Source: a virus
Virus record (IMG/VR): IMGVR_UViG_3300036820_000003
Location: 65,941 to 129,940 of that record
Direction: 5' to 3' (one strand)
DNA: 64,000 nucleotides
Shown: positions 24,323 to 32,383 of the stretch, piece by piece
How positions within the stretch are numbered: position 1 is the stretch's first letter
Layout of the letters: the number at the start of each line of letters is the position of its first letter
Notes under the pieces: generated by a model
What the model saw: only the letters and a program-made list of their open reading frames with translations
Databases searched by the model: none
Told to the model about the DNA's origin: nothing
Position numbers and translations under genes: made by a program

Positions 24323-24654
24323 GCGCTACCGGCGCGGTTCCCATCTCCCGGCTGTCTTTGCAGTATCTGACCGTGCCGGTGCAGGCGTTCAAGTCCGGAA
24401 CTGCGTACGATCCGACTGCGGATGTGGTTCAGTTCGCCTTCGTCGACAATGTGGGCTCGGTTCCCACGTCGGGGATGTGGGTGAGCGGGTCGTGGATCTC
24501 TCTTCCGAACTACTCTTATCCTTGGGCGGCGCAGTGCCTGGTCGGTCCCGGAGGATCGACGGCTCCGTCTACGGGGACGTACACGGTGTGGGTGCAGATC
24601 TTCGACAATCCTGAGATTCCGGTGCTCATCGCCGGGCAGATGCAGGTCAGTTGA
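24319..24654 (+). CDS. Hypothetical beta-rich virion-region protein
   Basis: DPTADVVQFAF...GSW...CLVGPGG...GTYTVWVQI..NPEIPV. Confidence 0.75.
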   Translation: MSATGAVPISRLSLQYLTVPVQAFKSGTAYDPTADVVQFAFVDNVGSVPTSGMWVSGSWISLPNYSYPWAAQCLVGPGGSTAPSTGTYTVWVQIFDNPEIPVLIAGQMQVS

Positions 24655-24667
24655 TTGGAGGTGCGGG

Positions 24668-27600
24668 ATGGCTGGACGTAATTCAACATTGATGGCGGCG
24701 AAGTACGTGCCGGGCGGGGCTCGTCCGACCGCCGCACCTCAGGGAGCCGGGGCTCCCTACTACGGGATGCTAAGCCCCTTGGCAAATCAGCTGGCGAATG
24801 AGCGCGGGTATTGCCTCGGTCCAGACACGCAAGTGCTGTGCTCGGATTTCCAGTGGCGGCCGGTGATCAGTCTTGCTGAAGGTGACCAGATCATTGGGTT
24901 CGATGAATTCCCGGAGCCACACAGCAAGCGTAAGTTCCGTATGTCAACAGTACTCAGCTGCCCGATCGTGGAACTACCCTCCTACCGGATCACGTTCACT
25001 GATGGTCGGCAGGTCACGGCTTCAGCTGAGCACATGTGGCTGGATGGACGATGCAGTCGTTGGTTGAAGACGAAGAATCTACGTCCTGGTTACAGGATCA
25101 TGCACCTAGGCACCCCCTGGAAGCAAGACAGGTCGTGGGGCGGAGGCTGGCTTGCAGGGGCATTTGATGGTGAGGCTAACTTTGCTACTCATTCTGAGAA
25201 CAGCCATTGCGGTTGGCACATCCAGTTCTCTCAGAACGCTGGAAGTGTCCTCGATCTGGCAGAACGACTCCTCAAGGAACGCGGGTATGAGACTCGGGTT
25301 AAGGCTCCTCAAGATGGTCGAGCAGTTCACCGTCTACTCATTACCGGCGTAGAGGACTGCTTCCGATTCCTCGGTTCGTGTCAGCCGGTTCGACTGCTGG
25401 ACAATTCGGCTGCGTGGATCGAAGGTCAGAGCGGCAAGAAGTCCCGTGGAACTGCACGCGGTCGGGTGTACAACGCTGTCGTAGAGAGCGTTGAGTACCT
25501 GGGTGAGCAGGACGTGGTAGCTATCTCCACGTCCACCCGGACGCTGTTCGCCGAAGGTCTGTACTCGCACAACTCGAACAGCTACGGCCCGTTTCTGCCG
25601 AGGCCCGCTCGTACTTTTACAGAGGGTGCGTTCGGGCCGTTCAGTCCGATCCTGCCGGTGCCGCTGGATGCTCCGGCTGTTGAAGACGGTCAGCCGGATC
25701 CTCGACTATGGGAGTACCCGGTCGGGTGGAACCTGCCGGTGGGGCAGCCGGGGACCGAGGGACTCAAGCTCGTCGACTTCGCTACTCTCAAGACGCTTAG
25801 TGACACTTATTCGGTCGCGCGTAGTTGCATCGACCGTCGCAAGTACGAGGTCTGCGGACTGGACTGGGATATCGTCCCCACGCACGAGGCTTCGAAGGCG
25901 TATCAAGGGGACAGGAAAGCGATGCGCGACTTCGGGGAACGAGTCGCCAAGGCTAAGCGATTCTTTCGGCATCCCGATCCGGACTATTTTACTTTCTCGG
26001 ACTTTCTATCGGCTATGCTGGAGGAAGTGTTCGTTTACGACGCTTTGGCAATCGTCATGCGACCCAAGTGGGGCAAGGGAGTCGGGGCGGGGCTACTGGG
26101 TTCCGACCTGGACTGCCTGGAGCTGATCTCGGGTCCGACGATCCGACCTCTGGTCGGGCTGCACGGAGAGGTGCCGCGTCCGCCTGCTCCCGCGTACCAG
26201 CAGTACCTGTACGGCGTTCCGCGCTCGGACTACATGACGATGATCACCCAGCGAGACATCGACGAGGCCGGAATCGGCGGGTCGGAGCTGCAGAACTTCC
26301 GCACCGACCAGCTTATGTACCTGCGCACGACGCCGCGACGGGAAACGCCCTACGGGTTCTCGCTTACCGAGAAGGCGATCATCCCCATCCTGACCGGACT
26401 GCAGAAGCAGGCCTTCCAGTATGACTACTTCCGGGAGGGGACCGTCCCGGCGGTCTACATCTCACCCGGGGATGCTTCTATCACCCCGAATCAAATCCGG
26501 GAGCTGCAGGACGCCCTTAACGCGATCGCCGGGGACGTGGCGTTCCATCACAAGATCATCGTTTTGCCACCCGGTTCCAAGACCATGCCGCAGAGGGACG
26601 CTCAGCTGGCGGATCAGTTCGACGAGATCGTCATGACCGAGGTCGCGATGGTCTACGACGTGGACCCGATGAGCCTGGGAATCGTCCCGAAAGTCGCGAC
26701 TTCGGTGTCGCCTTTCGCCGCGAAGGAGATGGCGCAGGCGTCGGCGTCGGTTCATCAGAGGACGTCGACTAAGCCTCTGTTGTCTTTTATCACCGACATC
26801 TTCAACAACATCCTGCATCGCGTGTGCGGTCAGGACGACATGAAGTTCACCTTCGAGGGGATGTCGGAGACCTCGGACGCGGCTGCGACGACTGACCTGG
26901 TGGTCAAGCAGGTCCAGTACGGAATCCGGTCGGTCGACGAGGGTCGGGCCGAGCTGGAGCTGCCGCCGTGGAACATGCCCGAGACCTCGGGTCCTGTCGT
27001 GTTCACGCAGATGGGACCGGTCCCGTTCGAGATGGCACCGCAGCTGCTGATGCAACAGCAGCAGGGCGCGGGTGGGAGCGGAGGGGGAGCCAAGGCCGGG
27101 GGAGGGAATTCTTCCGGATCGGGGAAGCGAACGCGGGCTACTTCGACGACTGGTCGCGGTGATCAGTACGGCGGGCCGGGAGTTCCCCGGCACGGGAACC
27201 TGCCGGCTCCTTCTTCGACTCGGATTTCTTCGGACGTTCCGCCGGAGCGGAAGAAGACCCCGGCTCACGACGCGGCCGAGGGGGCGATGTCGACCGGGAG
27301 TTCGAAGCCGGGGGGCGGCCGGGTCGGGGCCTCCAAGGCGGCGGCGGCCGAGCTGGAGGCGCTTGGTCGTCACTTGCGGAAGGGTCGGGACATTCGCACC
27401 TGGAAGGCGGTCAACGTTCCCGGGGCAATTGTCGAAGCGATAGCCGAGGACCTGCAAAAGGGCCTCTCGTTCGACGAGGCAGTCGGATCTATTCCCGTGT
27501 TCGGCGTGGAATGGGTGACCGGAGACACGCTCCCAAAAGCCCGAGGGGTCACTGAGTGGCCCGGCTGGAAGCACGATCTAGGGTTGGTCGCGGCTTACAC

Positions 27601-29017
27601 CGACCTGCTGCGGAGGATGTTTTCCAAGGCTGACGGGCAAGCCGGGAAGATCCGTGGCGAGTACGCGCACTCGGTGGTGTCATACACGCCGGGCATGTTC
27701 GACGGGATGATTGCGGATCATCTGCAGGAAAAGGTGGCGGGAGCGCTTGAGCCGCTGGCGCGGGAGGCCTGGAAGCTCGGCTACGGGAGCGCGCTGGAGC
27801 TAATAGGCGACCGGTCGGTTAGCTTCGGGTCGAATCCGGATGCGTTCGTCGGGACGGAGGTGCGACATTGGGCCGAGACGATTGCGCGGACCGGTCTTAA
27901 GGACGCCGCGCGCCGGGCGGAGGTTATCGCCCGGACCGAGGTGGCTCGCGGAGTGAGCGCCGGAGCGATGCAGGCGTATGCGGATGCCGGGATTTCGTAC
28001 AAGCACCTGCTCCTGGCTCCGGATGACGCCTGCGAGAAGTGCGTCGATGCTGATGAGGAAGTAATTCCCCTGCACGCTCCGTTCGGGACGGGGGATGTCG
28101 CTCCTCCGTTTCACCCGCAGTGTCGCTGCGGAGTGGCCCCGTCCGGAGTGGACGTGACGCCTCCGCAGGGGCACCTCGGGAAGTCGGAGTCAGAGAGGAA
28201 GCCCGACGTCGCTTTTCTTCTCATCCGCACTCGTAATTCCGAGGGGAAGCGTCGCTACCTGCTGCAGAAGCGAGGCGAGGAAGCCTCGCACCCTGGGACC
28301 TGGGGGCTGTTCGGCGGGAAGGGGCATCCGGGGGAGACCCCGTGGGAGACGGCTTGCCGGGAGGCGGGGGAGGAAACCGGGGGACTGCCGAAGGATCTTG
28401 TCCCTCGGGGCGTCATGTTCACGCCCGGTGACAAGCGAGACTGCTGGACCTACGTGTGCGACGTGGCGGAGGAGTTCAGTCCGGGTGGCGGGGTCACCCC
28501 CTGGGAGTCGGCGAGCTGGGGCTGGTTCAGTCGGGACGACGTGTCGGGACTGGAGCTGCATCCCAAATTCGCGGAAACGTGGGACGTGTACGTCGGGGAA
28601 GTGCTCGGCAAATCGAAGAAGAGGGTGCTGGTCTCCGGTCAGGAGATCTACCCGTCGGACTCGGAGACCGGCGAAGACGATGAGTGGCCTGCGAGCGGCG
28701 GGGGCGGGGAGTACCCGCACTCGCACGACGTGGACGGGACTCCGGTGGCTCCGGGCGGGAAGCCCGGGTCGGAGCCTCCGCGCTGGGACGGTGATGAAGC
28801 TGAACCCTATGTGCAGATGCCGGGTGGTCCCGGAGGAGCAGCCGGGCGTGCCCCGGATTCGCCCGCCGGAGGCGGGAGTTGCGACTCGACGTGTGATGAT
28901 CCCGGTCATGCTCACTCGACTCCGATTGACGGGAACGTTCCGGACGACGAGGATGACGCTCGTCAGCCGTTCGTGAGGGGGCGACCTCCGAATGCTATCG
29001 GAAAAGGCCGCTCGTGA
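24668..29017 (+). CDS. Portal protein fused to MuF (head morphogenesis) and Nudix domains, interrupted by an intein
   Basis: Portal segments (PYGFSLTEKA, FREGTVPAVY, SVDEGRAEL); MuF ARTEVARG...C..C...PPFHPQCRC; Nudix box GKGHPGETPWETACREAGEETG (28316-28381). Confidence 0.88.
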   Translation: MAGRNSTLMAAKYVPGGARPTAAPQGAGAPYYGMLSPLANQLANERGYCLGPDTQVLCSDFQWRPVISLAEGDQIIGFDEFPEPHSKRKFRMSTVLSCPIVELPSYRITFTDGRQVTASAEHMWLDGRCSRWLKTKNLRPGYRIMHLGTPWKQDRSWGGGWLAGAFDGEANFATHSENSHCGWHIQFSQNAGSVLDLAERLLKERGYETRVKAPQDGRAVHRLLITGVEDCFRFLGSCQPVRLLDNSAAWIEGQSGKKSRGTARGRVYNAVVESVEYLGEQDVVAISTSTRTLFAEGLYSHNSNSYGPFLPRPARTFTEGAFGPFSPILPVPLDAPAVEDGQPDPRLWEYPVGWNLPVGQPGTEGLKLVDFATLKTLSDTYSVARSCIDRRKYEVCGLDWDIVPTHEASKAYQGDRKAMRDFGERVAKAKRFFRHPDPDYFTFSDFLSAMLEEVFVYDALAIVMRPKWGKGVGAGLLGSDLDCLELISGPTIRPLVGLHGEVPRPPAPAYQQYLYGVPRSDYMTMITQRDIDEAGIGGSELQNFRTDQLMYLRTTPRRETPYGFSLTEKAIIPILTGLQKQAFQYDYFREGTVPAVYISPGDASITPNQIRELQDALNAIAGDVAFHHKIIVLPPGSKTMPQRDAQLADQFDEIVMTEVAMVYDVDPMSLGIVPKVATSVSPFAAKEMAQASASVHQRTSTKPLLSFITDIFNNILHRVCGQDDMKFTFEGMSETSDAAATTDLVVKQVQYGIRSVDEGRAELELPPWNMPETSGPVVFTQMGPVPFEMAPQLLMQQQQGAGGSGGGAKAGGGNSSGSGKRTRATSTTGRGDQYGGPGVPRHGNLPAPSSTRISSDVPPERKKTPAHDAAEGAMSTGSSKPGGGRVGASKAAAAELEALGRHLRKGRDIRTWKAVNVPGAIVEAIAEDLQKGLSFDEAVGSIPVFGVEWVTGDTLPKARGVTEWPGWKHDLGLVAAYTDLLRRMFSKADGQAGKIRGEYAHSVVSYTPGMFDGMIADHLQEKVAGALEPLAREAWKLGYGSALELIGDRSVSFGSNPDAFVGTEVRHWAETIARTGLKDAARRAEVIARTEVARGVSAGAMQAYADAGISYKHLLLAPDDACEKCVDADEEVIPLHAPFGTGDVAPPFHPQCRCGVAPSGVDVTPPQGHLGKSESERKPDVAFLLIRTRNSEGKRRYLLQKRGEEASHPGTWGLFGGKGHPGETPWETACREAGEETGGLPKDLVPRGVMFTPGDKRDCWTYVCDVAEEFSPGGGVTPWESASWGWFSRDDVSGLELHPKFAETWDVYVGEVLGKSKKRVLVSGQEIYPSDSETGEDDEWPASGGGGEYPHSHDVDGTPVAPGGKPGSEPPRWDGDEAEPYVQMPGGPGGAAGRAPDSPAGGGSCDSTCDDPGHAHSTPIDGNVPDDEDDARQPFVRGRPPNAIGKGRS
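24812..25573 (+). mobile_element. Intein (254 aa) with LAGLIDADG homing-endonuclease motif in the portal gene
   Basis: Starts CLGPDTQV, ends GLYSHN followed by Ser(+1); WLAGAFDGEANF; visibly AT-richer than flanks. Confidence 0.92.
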
Positions 29018-29438
29018 TCTGTGGGATCCTAATCCGGTGGAGGCGCTGCACGTCCACGGGATGATGATGCAGAACTTCCCCGGGGAGGCGCTCGACTGGG
29101 TGCTGCGGACTCGCTGGATCGGCCCGATGGCCGTCCCGTGGGAGCGGATCGATCGAGATGATCAGGAAAAGTGGGCGGCGTCGCATCAGCCGGGGAAAGT
29201 GGCGTCGTTTCGAAAGATGATCGCGAACGGGGAGGGCGTTCATCCCTGCGTGCTGGTGCAGCCTCCCGATTCGGATCGGGCTGTCATCGTCGACGGTCAT
29301 CATCGCGCGATGGCTTGGGCTCAATGTGGAAAGCCGGTGCGAGGTTACGTCGGATTTGTGCGTCGGGGAGATGTTCAGGCCGCGTTGGAGACTCACTCGT
29401 CGCAAATGCACTCAGGGTCGAGTCCTAGCAATCGCTAA
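28992..29438 (+). CDS. Second ParB/Srx-like domain protein
   Basis: HPCVLV...AVIVDGHHRAMA. Confidence 0.75.
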   Translation: MLSEKAARDLWDPNPVEALHVHGMMMQNFPGEALDWVLRTRWIGPMAVPWERIDRDDQEKWAASHQPGKVASFRKMIANGEGVHPCVLVQPPDSDRAVIVDGHHRAMAWAQCGKPVRGYVGFVRRGDVQAALETHSSQMHSGSSPSNR

Positions 29439-29467
29439 TTGACAATGCGAGATACTCGTGCTAGGAT
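29439..29467 (+). promoter_or_regulatory. SigA promoter TTGACA-17-TGcTAGGAT, leaderless lsr2
   Basis: ATG 29474 is 6 nt after the -10. Confidence 0.8.
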
Positions 29468-29473
29468 CGTCAC

Positions 29474-29857
29474 ATGGCGAAAAAGATGAGTGTCGAACTG
29501 ATCGACGACATTGACGGATCCGAGGCGTGCGAGAGCATTCGATTCTCGATTGACGGCGGCGTCTATGAAATCGATCTGAATGCCGTGCACGCGAGTGAAA
29601 TGCGCGCGGCCTTCGAGGAATATGTCAAGGCCGGGCGCAGAGGATCGGCTATCCGGGCTGCGGCTCCCATCTCGACGGGGGATCGCGGAGGATCGCGTCG
29701 TCGGGCGGCTGATCCGCACAACGCGGTGGTGCGCGCGTGGGCGGCCGAGAAGGGACTGGCGTGCAACACGCACGGCAGGATTCCCGAGCACATTCTAGTT
29801 CTATTCAATAACATGAACAAGGATAGAGATAGGGATACGGAACATGGCGAACAGTGA
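29474..29857 (+). CDS. lsr2: Lsr2 nucleoid-associated/xenogeneic silencer protein
   Basis: MAKK..VELIDDIDG...IRFSIDG..YEIDL; VRAWA..KGL...HGRIP. Confidence 0.93.
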   Translation: MAKKMSVELIDDIDGSEACESIRFSIDGGVYEIDLNAVHASEMRAAFEEYVKAGRRGSAIRAAAPISTGDRGGSRRRAADPHNAVVRAWAAEKGLACNTHGRIPEHILVLFNNMNKDRDRDTEHGEQ

Positions 29858-30326
29858 CATCTACGAGGCGAACTCGGGACTTATCTCAGTCGCCTCCACG
29901 GGCGGGACTGTCCCCGTCATGTACGTGCAGGCCCCTGCTACGAAGCGAACCTGGATCGTCGGGGTTCGGGTCGGAATCGGCGTGACGGCGGCTGCGGCGG
30001 GGAACTCGATCCTTTTCGCGATGGCGCGCTCGACGGTGGGCACGGCGGGAGGGACCTACGAGCCGCTGGCCGCGCACGACTCCTCGGCTGGCTCGGCGCT
30101 GACGCAGGCGTACGTCTCCTCGTTCGGAAACGCCCCGACTCCGACGACTGCCGGGCTTTTCCTGTGGCAGCAGGAGCTGCCGCAGACGACCGGGTCGGCC
30201 TGGGAGGAGTTCCCGCCCTTGGGGTATGAATGGGGGATCCCGGCGGGCGGCACGGTGGCCTGTTTCGCGATTCCCTCAGTGAACACCTCGACCCCGGTGC
30301 AGTTCCAGCTTATCGTCAGTGAGTAA
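29844..30326 (+). CDS. Hypothetical virion-region protein
   Basis: SD AGGGA; Ala/Thr/Gly-rich beta-type composition. Confidence 0.7.
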   Translation: MANSDIYEANSGLISVASTGGTVPVMYVQAPATKRTWIVGVRVGIGVTAAAAGNSILFAMARSTVGTAGGTYEPLAAHDSSAGSALTQAYVSSFGNAPTPTTAGLFLWQQELPQTTGSAWEEFPPLGYEWGIPAGGTVACFAIPSVNTSTPVQFQLIVSE

Positions 30327-30364
30327 TCTGTCTGTCTAGCTAGTTTTCGGGAGGCGACGGCCTG

Positions 30365-32062
30365 ATGTCCTACCAGTCCGTCGTCCTCGCCGACAACCCC
30401 ACGTTCCTGTGGCTGCTGGCGGATACGTCAGGGGTAGTGGCGGCTGACGCCACCGGCAACGGGAACATCGGAAATTACACCGGCGGATACACGCAAGGGG
30501 TTCCGGGTCCACCTGGAGTGGACGCCAACGCCGTCTTGCTGAACGGCAGCACCGGATTCGTCTACACGAACTCGAACTACTACTCGTCGGCTTTCTCCGC
30601 CGAAATCTGGTTCAACAGCACGTCGCCAGACGGCGGCACTATCATGCAAGGCAACGCCTGGCTCGCCATTCTCGGCGACGACGGCAAGATCACCTACGTC
30701 GTCTACAACGGAGCAGTGCTTATCTCCTGCGAGTCATCTGGCTCGTACGGAGACGGGAACTGGCATTACGTCGCGGTCACCTACGACGGCAGCCTGAACG
30801 CCGTACTGTACGTCGACGGGGTCGAAGTCGCGTCTGCCGTTGTCACGCCCAGTATGGCGAACTCACCCGGCAGCCCGGTCTACTCGACCGGGTACGGCTC
30901 GCAGTCTGTCAGCACCAGTGATCTGCTGGCCGGGACGGTTTCGGCTTTCGCCGACTACCCGTACGCGCTGACGTCGGGTCAGGTGACGACTCACTACGAC
31001 GCCGCCATTCCTCCTAGCGGATCCGCAGAGGGTCAGGCCCAGCCCCTGACGGCTCGGGTTTGGGGGAGGCGGACCGAAGGTCGGGGCAACTGGCGGGGAA
31101 ATTCCGTCAATGCCGTACTCGGAATTCGCGGATCTTTCCAGCCTCGCGCAACTGTCCCGACATCGCGTCGTTCCGGGACTCGGTCTGCCTGGCGAGAAGT
31201 GCGGGGAGCGTTCCCGTTGCTCGGCAAGCCGGTGGTCGGGGGGACTGTCCGACGGCGCAGTGCGACTCGCGTTGCATGGAAGTCGGTTAAAGGGACGCTT
31301 CCCCCGGCGATCGGCAAGCCCGCGACTGGCGGTTTTGTCGAGCGACGTCGCGCTGCCCGAGGCGCGTGGAATCGGGTTCTGGGACCGTTTCCCCTGCTCG
31401 GGAGAGCTGAGAGAGGCGGGGTCGTTGTTCCTCGCCATAGTCAGCGAGCAGTCTGGCGCGGGGTTCGGGGGACGCTGCCTCCCGCGATCGGGATACCTTT
31501 CGTCGGCGGATTCGTAACCCGTCGGAATGGCGTGCGCGGGATGTCCGCGCACGTGGCGGGAGCTCACAACGCCACTGCCGTCCCGGCAAGCCCTCTTGTC
31601 GGCGGTTTCGTCGCGCGAAGACGATACGTGCGCGGGTCGTCGCGCGGAGCTGACGTTCCAGTAATTCGTGGCAGGGCTGTTACCGGAGGCGTTGTCTGCC
31701 CGCGACGAGGAACTTCGATACGCGGATCCTGGGGGGGAGTCAACGGTCCGGAGATTCGCGGAGTCGCGAATATCGGAGGATGCGTAGCACGTCATCCTCG
31801 TATCCCCCGTGTTCCGTGCTGGCGCGGAACGATTGTCCGAACCGTCAACGTCATCCCGCCGAGAGGAACCGTTCCGCCTCGGGTGTTCGTGATGAGACGA
31901 CGAGGGGTCGGAGTGGTGTGGCGGGGAGTTGTGCCCGTCGGTGTGAATCAAGTGATCGTGTTCGGTCCGGCGATGCAGATAGTGCTCGGGCCTTTGGGAC
32001 TGGACTGGCAGACGGGGGCGGTGGGATTCGACTGGCAGACAGGAGTCGTCGGAGTCTGGTGA
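30365..32062 (+). CDS. LamG/concanavalin-like domain protein with long Arg-rich repeat tail
   Basis: VLADNPTFLWLL..., SAEIWF, DGNWHYVAVTYDG...LYVDG; then about eight GG(x)V..RR..R..W..V.G repeats. Confidence 0.8.
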   Translation: MSYQSVVLADNPTFLWLLADTSGVVAADATGNGNIGNYTGGYTQGVPGPPGVDANAVLLNGSTGFVYTNSNYYSSAFSAEIWFNSTSPDGGTIMQGNAWLAILGDDGKITYVVYNGAVLISCESSGSYGDGNWHYVAVTYDGSLNAVLYVDGVEVASAVVTPSMANSPGSPVYSTGYGSQSVSTSDLLAGTVSAFADYPYALTSGQVTTHYDAAIPPSGSAEGQAQPLTARVWGRRTEGRGNWRGNSVNAVLGIRGSFQPRATVPTSRRSGTRSAWREVRGAFPLLGKPVVGGTVRRRSATRVAWKSVKGTLPPAIGKPATGGFVERRRAARGAWNRVLGPFPLLGRAERGGVVVPRHSQRAVWRGVRGTLPPAIGIPFVGGFVTRRNGVRGMSAHVAGAHNATAVPASPLVGGFVARRRYVRGSSRGADVPVIRGRAVTGGVVCPRRGTSIRGSWGGVNGPEIRGVANIGGCVARHPRIPRVPCWRGTIVRTVNVIPPRGTVPPRVFVMRRRGVGVVWRGVVPVGVNQVIVFGPAMQIVLGPLGLDWQTGAVGFDWQTGVVGVW

Positions 32063-32064
32063 GG

Positions 32065-32334
32065 CTAGGGCAGCTCAATCCAGAGTTTTTTCACGACTTC
32101 ATCGGCTTCGTCACGATCCAGTATCATCGTGATGGTGATCTTTGTGGTACCATCATCTTGCTGCTCCAGATTGTAGGAGTTCGGTCGTTTGAGGAAAGCC
32201 AGGATCTCCAGGTCCTGGCGAATCGATCCGAGCGAATCGCGTATGTTGCTCAGATTGATTTGCCCCGGATCAACATGCTTGATCGTGGAGCGTATGTCAT
32301 CCAGACGGGTGATGGCGTCATTGTAGTAGGGCAT
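32065..32334 (-). CDS. Antisense small protein with its own leaderless promoter (moron-like)
   Basis: TGcTATAAT at 32348-32340, ATG 5 nt later; AT-richer than surroundings. Confidence 0.7.
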   Translation of the reverse strand: MPYYNDAITRLDDIRSTIKHVDPGQINLSNIRDSLGSIRQDLEILAFLKRPNSYNLEQQDDGTTKITITMILDRDEADEVVKKLWIELP

Positions 32335-32383
32335 GGCTAATTATAGCAAGGATGATGGCTGCACACCACTTGGAGGGATTGCT

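Noticed and set aside
32332-32335. Head-to-head genes sharing a CATG start
   Set aside because: The protease more likely starts at GTG 32384 (GGAGG SD), so the shared start is probably an ORF-caller artefact
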